DNA of 64,000 nt, taken from NCBI GenBank assembly GCA_965369865.1, contig CBDURU010000002.1, positions 3,838-67,837 on the forward strand. Direction: 5' to 3'. Below are positions 1-10,755 of the stretch, piece after piece. The notes beneath the pieces were generated by a model, which was given only the letters and a program-made list of their open reading frames with translations, was not told the DNA's origin and ran no database searches. The stretch's first letter is position 1, and each line of letters opens with the position of its first letter. Source of the DNA: an uncultured bacterium. Its GTDB lineage: Bacteria; JAJVIF01; JAPKYR01. A program made the translations under genes and the position numbers.

Positions 1-147
1 TCCGGCCTGGGTGAGGAACAGCAATGCGACAATTGCTATGCGCAGAATGATCGGGTCTATTTTGAAATACTCACCGAGTCCACCGAGGAGGCCGAGGAGG
101 ATTTTACTTTTTTTTGACCGGTACAGGCGTTTGTAGGGTTTTTCCAT
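1..147 (-). CDS. PspC-domain protein, N-terminal part (gene runs off the window start)
   Basis: Reverse-strand ATG at 147; translation MEKPYKRLYRSKKSKILLGLLGGLGEYFKIDPIILRIAIVALLF matches the PspC N-terminal domain pattern (RLYRS..GvcGGLAeYf.IDp..vRi). Confidence 0.6.
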   Translation of the reverse strand, partial: MEKPYKRLYRSKKSKILLGLLGGLGEYFKIDPIILRIAIVALLFLTQAG

Positions 148-343
148 GCGACGGGACCTCTGGTTGTTAGGATTGATGGCAGTATAATCAAGTGGTTATG
201 GGAAAGTCAAAGAGGAAGAGTGGGAATGAGGGGGAGCGAAGCGGTCGGTACTGTTGAGGTCGGTAAAAAAAGTCCCCGGGTGTTTGAGGCCCGGGAACTT
301 AAGAATTTCAAAAATTTGTGATAACTGGTTTATAAGAAGAGCT

Positions 344-2290
344 TTAATTGGTCCTTTTCTGAATGTAGATATTATAATCGCCGGTTTCTTCCTTAGCGTA
401 GGCAGCAATCAGATCCGTGCTGAACGGATCGTTTCGAACATGGCTGTATTTATAAACTCCAACACCGCCACTGCCGAGTACAACAGAATCGCTGAATGTG
501 TCACCACCATTTGATGATTCGACATAGCGGACTTCGTCATCGGCATCATACAATATCGAGACAGTACCATCTTCGTAAGAAATTGAATGGAAAACAGGTT
601 CAGTAGTCAGGCCACCCTCAAGTATGACAACATGCGGAAGGTCAGGCGGCAATGCATTGAAACGGTAATAGGCAACCTCATATGTTCCACCGGTTTCTTT
701 CGCGATAACCAGGTGGTATGGCAGGTTCGATTCAGGCGCGACAGCCGGTTCGATAAGCCGTCCAGGCGACGTGTAAGCAGCTAACTTGAACCACGTAAAA
801 ACGCCAGGCGATTCTTCGGCATACCATGCGAAATCTATCGTGTAATCATCGTGGATATAAAACATCTTAGGAACATCGACCAGTTGCACAAAACCGTCGT
901 TGATTGAATAAACCGCATTATAGAAAGACTGTATATTATCCAGGGTGAATGTATTGATATCATATGGTGATGTGGAATGGAATCCAAACATTGACCAGCT
1001 ACCGGTCCACATGTCCAGAAGTGTACCGTCCGATTTAATTCCAAAGTCACAGGACCATGGCTGCGTGGTCATACCCATAATGTTTGGTTGTACCGGACCG
1101 TTCCAGTCGCCACCCTGGTAGGCCATTATATAAGTCTCTTTATCTGTCGATTTCTGGTATTGAACATAGATTCCGTTATCGGCACCACGGACCGCATGGA
1201 GTGTATCAACACCCAGGTAGGAGTCAATGACGGTTGGTGCCGACCATGAAGCCCCTGCATTTAATGAGGTTCTAAAAAGGATATCGGTGCCGTCAGTGTA
1301 AATAATCCAGACTTCACCCGCTCGATATACAATCCGTGGCAGGATTTCATCGACACCGGGTTCACCGGAGACCAGGATGGGATCGTCGAATTCAGGCAAA
1401 TCACTCCCGATCTCGATCGTGAAGGTGTTATAAAGGGCGTCCGATGCCGCAGTATCCCAGGCGGCCACCCATACATCATAATCACCCGTTACAACTCCAC
1501 CGGTATTGTAAATTGTCGTCTGCCAGTGAGTCTCATCAATTTGAATCAGGTGCACATCGCCACCGGTGATCGGGTTCGCCTCGATAATAACATCGGCGGC
1601 TGTTACATCCTGCCAGTCGAGGACTTCTATAATAACATCCAATGACCCTTCGGTTTCTATTATTTCCCCGGTGACATCGATACTGACGATATCGTACGGT
1701 TCAGGGCAGTTCTCAGGCCAGGACGCTTCTATCAGCAGGGCGGCTTTAATGGGTGGTACGAAATGCAACTCGTAAAATTCCGTCTTGATGTACTGATGGG
1801 GCATTGCGTTCTTGTTCCAGAACGTTCGGTTGGGTTCATCCTTGGCAAATGCCCTGAAGGGATTGGCTATCGGCGGTTCGGATAGATCGAAAAGTTTCGT
1901 ATAGTCATCGGCATTCAGGAGCTCACCATCACCCAAGCCTGTTACAATTCCCCTGACATCAAAACCATCGACCTCGAACGGGTTATCGAGGATCACCTTA
2001 ATAACCATAATCATGGTGTCAGGATCCCAGGAAACTATTGTCATATTGATGTGGTCCGGAATGAAAAAGTCTGTTACGTTAATGTGAAATCCCAAGGTCC
2101 GATTTGGTGCGATCACAAGTTCATCGGATACACCATCCCAACTGAAATCGAGTGCCGCCCAGAGCTGGTGGCCTTCCCGGGCATCAAGGGGAGTCACCGG
2201 ATTGGGAGCGGTAATATCTCCTCTTTCAGAGCATCCGAGTATAGTTACCAGAAAAATAAACACCAGTAAACAAACCACTTTGAATCGCAT
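344..2290 (-). CDS. large secreted lipoprotein, unknown function
   Basis: Long ORF. Start at MRFKVVCLLVFIFLVTILGC (lipobox LGC) with GGAGGT RBS 8 nt upstream. Shares an LLNADxYT-containing N-terminal domain with the neighbouring lipoprotein. Confidence 0.6.
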   Translation of the reverse strand: MRFKVVCLLVFIFLVTILGCSERGDITAPNPVTPLDAREGHQLWAALDFSWDGVSDELVIAPNRTLGFHINVTDFFIPDHINMTIVSWDPDTMIMVIKVILDNPFEVDGFDVRGIVTGLGDGELLNADDYTKLFDLSEPPIANPFRAFAKDEPNRTFWNKNAMPHQYIKTEFYELHFVPPIKAALLIEASWPENCPEPYDIVSIDVTGEIIETEGSLDVIIEVLDWQDVTAADVIIEANPITGGDVHLIQIDETHWQTTIYNTGGVVTGDYDVWVAAWDTAASDALYNTFTIEIGSDLPEFDDPILVSGEPGVDEILPRIVYRAGEVWIIYTDGTDILFRTSLNAGASWSAPTVIDSYLGVDTLHAVRGADNGIYVQYQKSTDKETYIMAYQGGDWNGPVQPNIMGMTTQPWSCDFGIKSDGTLLDMWTGSWSMFGFHSTSPYDINTFTLDNIQSFYNAVYSINDGFVQLVDVPKMFYIHDDYTIDFAWYAEESPGVFTWFKLAAYTSPGRLIEPAVAPESNLPYHLVIAKETGGTYEVAYYRFNALPPDLPHVVILEGGLTTEPVFHSISYEDGTVSILYDADDEVRYVESSNGGDTFSDSVVLGSGGVGVYKYSHVRNDPFSTDLIAAYAKEETGDYNIYIQKRTN

Positions 2291-2356
2291 GATGTCGACC
2301 TCCAACATAGCTATCATAAATTTGTAAGATTTTATTATTTTTATAACAATGTTATT

Positions 2357-4081
2357 TTATTCGGCAAATTCCACCAGGATCTCTTCGATATGCCAACCGA
2401 AATTATACGGCAGGCAGTTGTCTATGTAATCATAAGTGTCAAGTACAAACTCGACCGTAATTGTGGTCCCGTTGTAATCTGTCCCAAGGTTGAAAGTGCT
2501 TTCTGTCCAGTCGTATTCATCGGTCCAGCATTTGATTGGATCGAAAGTCATGGGATAGTAATTATCCTCGTAAGGCGGTCCGCCGGTAGGAAATACCTGC
2601 TCGCCGTTCACACGCACAAAGCACATATCCCAGGCAAAATGACCAAAAAATTCAACCGGGTCGACCTGGATTTCGTGGTTAAAAACAATAATCAGGTCAC
2701 TCGACGATTCCGGTATATCGATCGGCGGTGAGGAAACATAGCTGACGTTAAGATTCTCATCCTGACTGCCAGTATCCTCTTCGAAACATGTTCCATCACC
2801 AGTCACACCACCGGCCGCATGCATAAAGCTATCCAATTTTCCCCACCAGTCCCCGCCATGGGCTACCCATTCATATTCGAAATTTTCGAAATCATCATAG
2901 AAAGGCCAACCGGGAATATTAATGTCACTCTCTACCGATACTTCATGCAGTACATACGTTGCAAGTTCCTGGCCCGGAAGACGCCCGTCATATCCTTCGC
3001 CATCAAGAGCGACAGCCGCCACCAGGACCTCAAATGAATCGGCTGAAGTAAGAACGATATTCTGAACATTCAATTCAAATGTCACGTGATCTCCATTCTG
3101 GAGGGTAAAAGTCATTTCCTGCCTTGGGAAAATTCCCGGGGACTCGATGAAGACCGTATCCTGGTCGGCATTTTCGAAATCACGGACCAGCACCTGGAGA
3201 ATAAGTTCACCCGATTGCACATCTTCGATAAATGACAGGTCATTTTGGAGCTCCACAAGATCGACTCGCCATGGCTCGGTAGCCACGGTTCCCGGCGGGT
3301 AATCATCCGGTCCTTGTGGAGGATTGTTTAGAGGCGGTTCCCAACTTGCAACAACCGCATACTGGAACTGGAAAATTCCCTGGCCATGGAAATCGAATTC
3401 ATAATGCCGCCAGTTCAGATTTCCGGCGAAGATAATCGATTTCATAGACTCATCCAGGTCCATGTTATCGGGCAGAGCAGAGAGCCCATCCGCAAACAGT
3501 TTGTAAGGATTAATTGTGCTCAGAAAATCTCCACCGTTCGGGTTGCCATATTTACCGGGATAGTAATTGAGTATCGTCCCATCATATGGGAATTCAACCG
3601 GGTTCATCCATCGGGTATATCCATCAGCGTTCAAAAGGCGCATTTCATCCGGGCTGGACATGACAATATCAGGATTGGCGAATCCCGACATTGTACCGTC
3701 CGACAGGAAAATTCCGCGAGTAGAGAATATCGTGAACTCAGGAGAACCGGCGAAAGGATGCCAGATTCCCATTTCGAACGACATCTCCGGAGGATTAATC
3801 TGCAAGTTTGAAATAAGAATGGCATTTACATCCGGAGCTTCGAGGAACTTAAGAATGTTAAGTTCAATTTCGACAGATCGATTGGGGATTATTTCAGCCT
3901 GGAGCGTATCCGGGTCGATTATGATGTCGTAGAGCCCCAGTAGATGCGTTCCGGACTGTGAAACAACCCGCGCCGGTTCAACTCCCGGCTGGGTTGGTGA
4001 CTGGGAACCGGAAGATGTCGCACACCCGGATAGCAGTATTGCCGCGAACACAGTGAAACACAATATTTGGATATACCTCAT
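2357..4081 (-). CDS. large secreted lipoprotein, paralogous N-terminal domain to upstream gene
   Basis: Start MRYIQILCFTVFAAILLSGC (lipobox) preceded by AGGAGG RBS. Shares the RLLNADGYT motif with ORF 344..2290. Confidence 0.6.
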   Translation of the reverse strand: MRYIQILCFTVFAAILLSGCATSSGSQSPTQPGVEPARVVSQSGTHLLGLYDIIIDPDTLQAEIIPNRSVEIELNILKFLEAPDVNAILISNLQINPPEMSFEMGIWHPFAGSPEFTIFSTRGIFLSDGTMSGFANPDIVMSSPDEMRLLNADGYTRWMNPVEFPYDGTILNYYPGKYGNPNGGDFLSTINPYKLFADGLSALPDNMDLDESMKSIIFAGNLNWRHYEFDFHGQGIFQFQYAVVASWEPPLNNPPQGPDDYPPGTVATEPWRVDLVELQNDLSFIEDVQSGELILQVLVRDFENADQDTVFIESPGIFPRQEMTFTLQNGDHVTFELNVQNIVLTSADSFEVLVAAVALDGEGYDGRLPGQELATYVLHEVSVESDINIPGWPFYDDFENFEYEWVAHGGDWWGKLDSFMHAAGGVTGDGTCFEEDTGSQDENLNVSYVSSPPIDIPESSSDLIIVFNHEIQVDPVEFFGHFAWDMCFVRVNGEQVFPTGGPPYEDNYYPMTFDPIKCWTDEYDWTESTFNLGTDYNGTTITVEFVLDTYDYIDNCLPYNFGWHIEEILVEFAE

Positions 4082-4565
4082 TAACAGGTCCTCCTGAGAC
4101 CGATCTATGGATATGTGAAGTCTAACCCTATATTCGTATCGAAACCCCACCGACCCATTCTTACATACCAATCAAACTGGTCCATCACCGAAAGTCCGAA
4201 GGAGGCGGGAGCCTCATGGTATCCGTTCGAGAGGGTCAGGAGACAAAAATAATGATAACATATGTAGGAAATTCAGTCCATTATATTGATATATCCTTTC
4301 AGCATTAATCATATCCTGTGCCGGAAAACCGGATAATCGTACTGACTTCCCTGCCTCAAATAATTTAACCGGAGGGGAGTCAGCTTGACACTTGTATTTC
4401 AATATGTTAAAAATTCCTGTTCGCGCGGGGGTGAATATATCAACCTGCTCGAATACAAAAATTTGCGAACCTTTTGATGCTTTCGTGTGTCAGAAAATCA
4501 CTGAGGGCATAATTTTTAAATCGAGATTAAAGGAACCAAAACGGTAAGGGAGACAGATCCCAGCA

Positions 4566-5516
4566 ATGATCGAAGTTAAAAACCTATTCAAATCGTATGG
4601 AAGCACAAAGGCGGTTGACGACATTTCCTTCACGATTAACAAGGGAGAGATCGTGGGGTTACTTGGTCCTAACGGCGCGGGTAAAACCACGGCCATGCGG
4701 ATACTCACCTGCTATATCTCGCCTGACTCGGGTGAAGCGTCAATCGGCGGTTACAGTATCCTGAACCAGTCACTGGACGTTCGGAGGATAATCGGGTACC
4801 TTCCCGAAGCCGCACCACTTTACCAGGAGATGAATGTTGTGGACTACCTTGGGTTCATAGCCGATATCCACGGACTCGGGGTAAAAAAGAAATCCCGTAT
4901 AGAAGAGATGATCGATATAACCGCGCTGAACGAGGTAGTGTTCAAGGATATCCACGAGCTTAGTAAAGGTTACCGTCAGAGGGTCGGACTTGCAACCGCG
5001 ATGATCCACGATCCGGAATACCTGGTTCTCGACGAGCCTACCACGGGGCTGGACCCGAACCAGATTGTCGAGATAAGGAATCTGATTCGCGAGATCGGGC
5101 ACGACCGGAACAAGTGTGTCATGCTCTCCACGCATATCCTTCCCGAGGTCGAAGCCACATGCGACCGTGCTATAATCATTGATGAGGGTAAAATTATCGC
5201 TGAGGGCACTACAACGGAGCTGTCCGGGTTCGCCCGTGGATCGGATGTCTATCATGTCGGGGTCGTCGGTAACGCGAATATCGTGGAGTCAGCAATAAAA
5301 TCTCACGAAAAAATCGCGGATTTCAATTTGAGAGAGGACCTTGGGGAGAATCGTCTTATCTATGACATCACATCCAACTCGGACCAGGACATTTCCGAGG
5401 AGATATTCGATATGGCAGTAAAGTCCGGATTTAAGCTTACCAGGCTGACACGTGAAACCGCCAGCCTTGAGGATGTATTCCGGACCCTTACAACAAAGGA
5501 GGTGAGGGCAAAGTGA
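4566..5516 (+). CDS. gldA: ABC transporter ATP-binding protein (GldA-like)
   Basis: Walker A GPNGAGKTT, ABC signature LSKGYRQRVGLA, Walker B LVLDEPTTGLD. First gene of an ABC-2/GldG cluster. Confidence 0.85.
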   Translation: MIEVKNLFKSYGSTKAVDDISFTINKGEIVGLLGPNGAGKTTAMRILTCYISPDSGEASIGGYSILNQSLDVRRIIGYLPEAAPLYQEMNVVDYLGFIADIHGLGVKKKSRIEEMIDITALNEVVFKDIHELSKGYRQRVGLATAMIHDPEYLVLDEPTTGLDPNQIVEIRNLIREIGHDRNKCVMLSTHILPEVEATCDRAIIIDEGKIIAEGTTTELSGFARGSDVYHVGVVGNANIVESAIKSHEKIADFNLREDLGENRLIYDITSNSDQDISEEIFDMAVKSGFKLTRLTRETASLEDVFRTLTTKEVRAK

Positions 5517-6250
5517 ATCGAGTAGCACCAGTATTTCAAAGGGAGCTTTCGCAGTATTTCAACTCACCGCTCGGTTTTATTTACATCGATGTATTCCTGC
5601 TATTGACCGGGTTTTTCTTCTTCGAGCTGTTTTCGTTTTTCCTCGCGGAACAGGCGTCCATGAGAAACCTGTTCCAGCTTTTACCGTGGGTTTATCTATT
5701 TTTCGTGCCCGCGATCTCTATGAGGCTTCTTGCTGAAGACAAGAAAATTGGAACCGTAGAAGTGCTGATGACATTACCGCTCAGGGACTGGGAAGTTGTC
5801 CTCGCTAAATATTTCGCGTCATTTGTTTTCCTTACTGTCGCACTTCTCCTGACATTCCCGCTGATCCTTGTCGTGAAGCAGGCCGCAACACCAGGGGTTA
5901 TCCTCGATTACGGCCCTGTTTTCGGCGGTTACATCGCCGCTATTTTAATGGGCGGTGCGTTTCTCGCGGTTGGTATATTTTTCTCCAGTTTAACCGACAA
6001 CCAGATAGTCGCGTTTATTCTATCCATAGTCACGATGGCGGTTTTCCTGTTGATCGGAATTCCGAATATCGCTGGAATTTTCCCTCCGGGGCTGCAAAAA
6101 TTCGTTCTCAATATCAGCCTTATCAGTCACTTCTACTCGGTCGAGCGAGGGGTAATCGATTCGCGTGACATGCTCTACTACCTGTCGGTAATCTTCATAT
6201 TCCTGTTCGCCACGATCCGCATGGTGGAAAGCCGGAAGTGGAAGGCGTGA
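5513..6250 (+). CDS. gldF: ABC-2 family permease (GldF-like)
   Basis: GTG start overlapping the upstream stop, with perfect AAGGAGG RBS. Six predicted TM helices. Sits between the ATPase and the GldG-like gene. Confidence 0.75.
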   Translation: MNRVAPVFQRELSQYFNSPLGFIYIDVFLLLTGFFFFELFSFFLAEQASMRNLFQLLPWVYLFFVPAISMRLLAEDKKIGTVEVLMTLPLRDWEVVLAKYFASFVFLTVALLLTFPLILVVKQAATPGVILDYGPVFGGYIAAILMGGAFLAVGIFFSSLTDNQIVAFILSIVTMAVFLLIGIPNIAGIFPPGLQKFVLNISLISHFYSVERGVIDSRDMLYYLSVIFIFLFATIRMVESRKWKA

Positions 6251-6265
6251 TGGAGGCTAAAAGAA

Positions 6266-7939
6266 ATGCGTAAAGCCGCACAAATATCACAGAACACAAT
6301 AGAAATAATTATCATAATCGGGATTGTGATTGTCCTAAACATACTCGGGCAGTATTTCTATGCACGGTATGACCTGACCGAAGACAAGATTTTTACCCTC
6401 GCCCAGTCATCGAAAGATGTTGTATCCGAACTTCCGGACCTGGTTCACCTGAGAGTGTATGTCAACGATGACCTCCCGCCAACGCTCCAACCCGCCGATC
6501 AGCGGTTAAGGGACCTTCTTGAGGATTACAGGGCCTCGGCATCGACAAGGCTGGTCATCCAATACATTAATCCGGGCGACCTTGACGAAGGGAAGATCGG
6601 GTCACTCTCGATGAAAGGCATCCAATCGACCCAGGTACAAATCACACAAGAGGATGAATTAAGTATCCAGGAAGTGTGGATGGGCCTTGAGATTTCCTAC
6701 CTCGACGCCTACGAGGTCATCCCGTTTGTCCCGACTGTCCGTAATCTTGAATACGAAATAACCTCCTCGATTTTAAAATTAATCAGTGAGGATACACCGA
6801 CAATAGGCTTCCTTACCGGTCATGGTGAGATGGCGACAGAGGGTTCGCAGTATGCGCAGGCAGCTTACGGCGCATTGGCCGAAATTCTTAAGGAACTTTA
6901 TATCGTCACCGATGTCGACCTCGGCAACGGACAGCATGTAGCCGATAATATAGACACACTTGTAATCGCCCAGCCATTGGAGCTTTTTACGGACCGGCAC
7001 AGGTATGTAATCGACCAGTTCGTCATGCGGGGCGGTAAACTTGTGGTGCTGGGCAGCGGTTACGAGGTAGACCAGATGACCGGTGATGAACTCACATTCA
7101 AAGCATTCCCGCTCGACGGTCTGCTTGCTGATTACGGAATAAGGATTAATAACGATGTTGTAGTGGACCTGCAATTCAATCATAAAATTCCGATGCAAAG
7201 GGGACCTTTCCAGATTTTAATAGATTACCCTTTAATTCCCATCATTTCACCACCGGAAGGATTCCCGTCCGACAGTCCCGTAACTCGCGGCCTCAACCAG
7301 CTTTTCCTGCCGTACGTAAGTTCGTTAACGCTGCTCTACGACAAGATTCCCGACGATATGGAAATTTTCGAGCTGGCGAAATCCAGCGAGGGATCATATT
7401 CAAAAACAGTTCCGGTTGTAGTCGATCCAAACCAGGAGTTCATGCCGCCCGGAGGCCTGGATGACCTGAAACATCAACTGGTCGCGGTTCAGTTGAGCGG
7501 GACATTTACATCCGCTTTTGAAGGCGAAGCAGTTCCGGCATTCGATCCCGATCCGGAAGCCGAAGAAGGCGCAATTCCTGAAATGGACGACCAGGAAATG
7601 CTGGTCGCCAGTGTTCCTACTTCAATCACGGTAATTGGAAACGCCACATTTGTCACCGATGACGCGATCCAGGCTCCCGGTAACGCGGTATTCTTCCAAA
7701 ATCTGATGGAAACGTTAAATATTGGCGATAAATTAATCGATATCAGGACCCGGACTGTCAAGAACCGGCCACTCGACCCGGACCTTACACCCGCTGACAA
7801 GAATGGTCTCAGGTTCTGGGGTTATTTCTTTGTACCGATCCTGATTACAATTCTTGGAACCGCACGGTTCTATCTCAAGGGCCAGCGGAAAAAACTCCTG
7901 CAGGCTATTCAAACGGCCGAAAAGGAATCCGGTAAGTAA
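6266..7939 (+). CDS. gldG: GldG-like ABC transporter auxiliary protein
   Basis: N-terminal TM followed by the YDLTEDKIFTLAQSSKDVV motif typical of GldG. C-terminal TM and size 557 aa fit the family. Confidence 0.75.
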   Translation: MRKAAQISQNTIEIIIIIGIVIVLNILGQYFYARYDLTEDKIFTLAQSSKDVVSELPDLVHLRVYVNDDLPPTLQPADQRLRDLLEDYRASASTRLVIQYINPGDLDEGKIGSLSMKGIQSTQVQITQEDELSIQEVWMGLEISYLDAYEVIPFVPTVRNLEYEITSSILKLISEDTPTIGFLTGHGEMATEGSQYAQAAYGALAEILKELYIVTDVDLGNGQHVADNIDTLVIAQPLELFTDRHRYVIDQFVMRGGKLVVLGSGYEVDQMTGDELTFKAFPLDGLLADYGIRINNDVVVDLQFNHKIPMQRGPFQILIDYPLIPIISPPEGFPSDSPVTRGLNQLFLPYVSSLTLLYDKIPDDMEIFELAKSSEGSYSKTVPVVVDPNQEFMPPGGLDDLKHQLVAVQLSGTFTSAFEGEAVPAFDPDPEAEEGAIPEMDDQEMLVASVPTSITVIGNATFVTDDAIQAPGNAVFFQNLMETLNIGDKLIDIRTRTVKNRPLDPDLTPADKNGLRFWGYFFVPILITILGTARFYLKGQRKKLLQAIQTAEKESGK

Positions 7940-7984
7940 TCTATGCTGTAATAATATGGAGTTTCCCGCGGGATGTGATTCGAG

Positions 7985-9190
7985 ATGAACTTTACAAAAT
8001 TAACAATAATGGTAGTAATCCTGGGAGTTCTGCTGATCCTGGTCTGGAATCTCCAGAAAAAGGATATAGACGAGCGCAGGCAGCAGAGAGCGATAACGAC
8101 AGCCCTGCAATTTCCGGACCTCAATACCGATGAAGTCTTCAGGCTGGAGGTAAGCAGCCTTCAGAACGAGAGCCTTCTATTCAGGAAGGAAGCCGGGGAA
8201 TGGGAAATTGCGCGAGGTAAAAATATAATGAGCGATTTGATGGCGCAAAGCACTGAAGAAGGCGAGGAACCGGTTGTAAATCCAGCTAACGACGTTGGCC
8301 CGGCGGGTGACCGGTTCAGGACTTTCTACCGTGCCAATCCCGATAAAGTCATGGATATGATATCCGCGATCGCGGAAATGCCTACCGGCAACCTGGTGAC
8401 ATCGGATACTGAGAAACAAAGCACCTTTGGAGTACTGAACGCAATAGTAGGTACGGAAGTTGTGCTCTATGACGAACAGATGAATGAAATCGCTAACCTT
8501 ATTGTCGGTAATATGGGGTCGACCTTCCAGACTACTTACGTCAGAAAACCCGAATCCGACGATATTTACGAGGTGCCGATCGGCCTGTCAATGACCTTTA
8601 ATACACCGATTATCAACCTTCGCGACAGAAATATTTTTTCGTCAGCACCTGAGACAATAACTTCGGTTTCGATAAATGATATCGAGGGTGAGGGCGTATT
8701 GACAATGAATCTCGAACGTGCCGATGGAACGTGGGTTGGTACTGACTTTACCGGTACCGAGCTTCCAATCGAAATTGAAAAAATCGACATTCTCCTGGAA
8801 GCACTCGGTAATCTCAGCGCGAATTCGTTCGTAGACATGGAACGGCCACCGGTCGCATATGATGAACCTGAGACCGACGACCCGTACGGGGTTCTGAATC
8901 CCGGCAGGATTATTGAATTCACAACCACCGACTACAGAACCCACACTCTGATAATTGGAGATGAGGATGGATCGACATTTTATGCAACCGTCGGTGATTA
9001 TCCCGATGACATATTCAGGATATCATTGAGTGTGTTGAATAAAATATCCCCATTACCGGAAAGCCTGGATCCGGAATATGTTGAGCCGGAATCGACCGCA
9101 CCGACTTCTATTGATCTTACCGGAGATAATCCAGCACTGAGCCAGGATATGGAAATCCCTCCGGAGGTCCTGGAAGAACTGGGATTGTAG
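7985..9190 (+). CDS. DUF4340-like membrane-anchored protein
   Basis: N-terminal TM helix, about 400 aa. Conserved position downstream of gldG as in GldAFG-DUF4340 operons. Confidence 0.45.
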   Translation: MNFTKLTIMVVILGVLLILVWNLQKKDIDERRQQRAITTALQFPDLNTDEVFRLEVSSLQNESLLFRKEAGEWEIARGKNIMSDLMAQSTEEGEEPVVNPANDVGPAGDRFRTFYRANPDKVMDMISAIAEMPTGNLVTSDTEKQSTFGVLNAIVGTEVVLYDEQMNEIANLIVGNMGSTFQTTYVRKPESDDIYEVPIGLSMTFNTPIINLRDRNIFSSAPETITSVSINDIEGEGVLTMNLERADGTWVGTDFTGTELPIEIEKIDILLEALGNLSANSFVDMERPPVAYDEPETDDPYGVLNPGRIIEFTTTDYRTHTLIIGDEDGSTFYATVGDYPDDIFRISLSVLNKISPLPESLDPEYVEPESTAPTSIDLTGDNPALSQDMEIPPEVLEELGL

Positions 9191-9235
9191 TAATTATTGA
9201 GAACGGGTAAGGCATCAAATCTTTTGGACTTACAA

Positions 9236-9261
9236 CCAGGGAAAATCACCCTGGTTTTTTT
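9236..9261 (+). terminator. intrinsic terminator
   Basis: Hairpin CCAGGGAAAATCACCCTGG followed by TTTTTTT immediately after the 7985..9190 stop. Confidence 0.7.
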
Positions 9262-9343
9262 GTATTATATTATAAAATAGACATTATCAGGCAATTTATA
9301 CCATTTAGACCAATTCCGTTGAATAATTATTGATTCGAGATCG

Positions 9344-9383
9344 GGGACATCTCTTTTCGCCCGTCGAAAAGCAGGTGTCCCCC
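9344..9383. repeat. GGGGACA...TGTCCCC imperfect palindrome (repeat family 1 relative)
   Basis: ggggacatctcttttcgcccgtcgaaaagcaggtgtcccc, in the convergent intergenic region. Confidence 0.5.
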
Positions 9384-9495
9384 TTAATTCTAAATATATC
9401 CAATCAATTTTTATTTAACCGGATTGGTCTTAATAATTAGATTCCACGGAAATTTATTAATAATTTGTCAATAATAGTAAAGTGTTGGGCAATAT

Positions 9496-10662
9496 TTAAA
9501 GTCGTGCAATCTCACCAGCGGTTATTAATCCCAGGTGGTGCATTCGTTCTTCGAGCAGCTCCGTTGCATAGATACTACTATTCTCCGTCAGTTGTATCAT
9601 CGTTTTCTGCGCGATCGAACGTGACGGGTCGATATTCCCACTACCCTTTAATTTATTCCGGCTCGTGGATTTGAAAACCTCGGCTCCAAGTTTACTCATC
9701 ACTTCGTTAACCGGAATGCCCTCCCCGACCGCACCGCGTATGAATATCGCGTTTTCAAGCCTCAGAGCATGCGGGAACCTGTCGAGCCAGGGATCTCCTG
9801 AACGCTGATCGTCGGTAGCGTCATCGATCAACTCACGGTATTTAAGCGCACGGGCCTGACCGATGATATAGGACAGGTTCTCACGACCCGGTTCGCGTGA
9901 GTGGATCACGAAAAAGATATTATCTCCCGATCTGACACCCGTCGGACGGCGGCCATCCGGGAACCGGATCAATTTATAAGCGTTTCTCTGTAAAGCCCAG
10001 ATTCTTACCGGCATAAACGGGTTGACCCGGTCATCGGATGTTCCGTGGAATGTCCACCATGACGCCTGCCCGCGCCTGGCCTTTCTTTTCTTCGGACCCC
10101 GGCGTTTATCAAATAATGTCAGGGCGGCCAGTTCGATACCGCCCGTTTCCCCGCCGGATTCGCGATCGTCATCTGACACCGGTTCAATTTCGTCCAGCCA
10201 ACGGCGAATTAATCGAAGGCGCCGCAGGCTGAAATACGAACCGGCACGCCGCCAGATTTTATCGGCAAGCGAGAAAATATCCCTGGAGTCCGCCCCCTTG
10301 ATAATCATCGGGCACTGCCATTTCCCGGATCCCCGTCCCCAGTCAGCAGGCAGAAATACTGATCCCGATGGCGGCGCGGTAAGCAAAGAAGGCAGAACCT
10401 CATGTTCAGTGACACGGATTTTCACACCGACTTTGGTTAGCCGGATCAGGCTATCCACCTGCCTTATTGTAGAGGATGGTCCCGGTCCGTAGAGAGAAGT
10501 GACGAGCCTGAATTTTCGGGACCGCTGTCCAGTCTGAACGATGAGCTGGTCGAGAACCTGGATTTCGGGAAGAGATGGAATCACAAGCGTAACCGGGTCC
10601 GAACCGGTTTTCACGACGCGGGAAAACAAATCACCGGTTGTACCATGGTGAAGTTCAACCAT
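9496..10662 (-). CDS. hypothetical protein (388 aa), compositionally atypical (R/G/P/S-rich)
   Basis: Long ORF with no recognisable catalytic motif. Flanked by AT-rich intergenics and palindromic repeats. Confidence 0.45.
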   Translation of the reverse strand: MVELHHGTTGDLFSRVVKTGSDPVTLVIPSLPEIQVLDQLIVQTGQRSRKFRLVTSLYGPGPSSTIRQVDSLIRLTKVGVKIRVTEHEVLPSLLTAPPSGSVFLPADWGRGSGKWQCPMIIKGADSRDIFSLADKIWRRAGSYFSLRRLRLIRRWLDEIEPVSDDDRESGGETGGIELAALTLFDKRRGPKKRKARRGQASWWTFHGTSDDRVNPFMPVRIWALQRNAYKLIRFPDGRRPTGVRSGDNIFFVIHSREPGRENLSYIIGQARALKYRELIDDATDDQRSGDPWLDRFPHALRLENAIFIRGAVGEGIPVNEVMSKLGAEVFKSTSRNKLKGSGNIDPSRSIAQKTMIQLTENSSIYATELLEERMHHLGLITAGEIARL

Positions 10663-10755
10663 AACTGTTACTGGCCATCAGAAGAAGATAGAGAAATACT
10701 AACATAGAGAGATTGTAAACGGAAGAAAATGGCGGGTGTGGTTAATACAGGTTTT

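Noticed and set aside
4360-4400. TTGACA...TAAAAA sigma-70-like promoter in the gldA and lipoprotein divergent region
   Set aside because: Spacing is ambiguous and the region is AT-rich, so chance matches are likely.
10022-10492. 156-aa + strand ORF inside the 388-aa gene
   Set aside because: Antisense shadow ORF in locally GC-rich DNA. The long - strand ORF is the better model.
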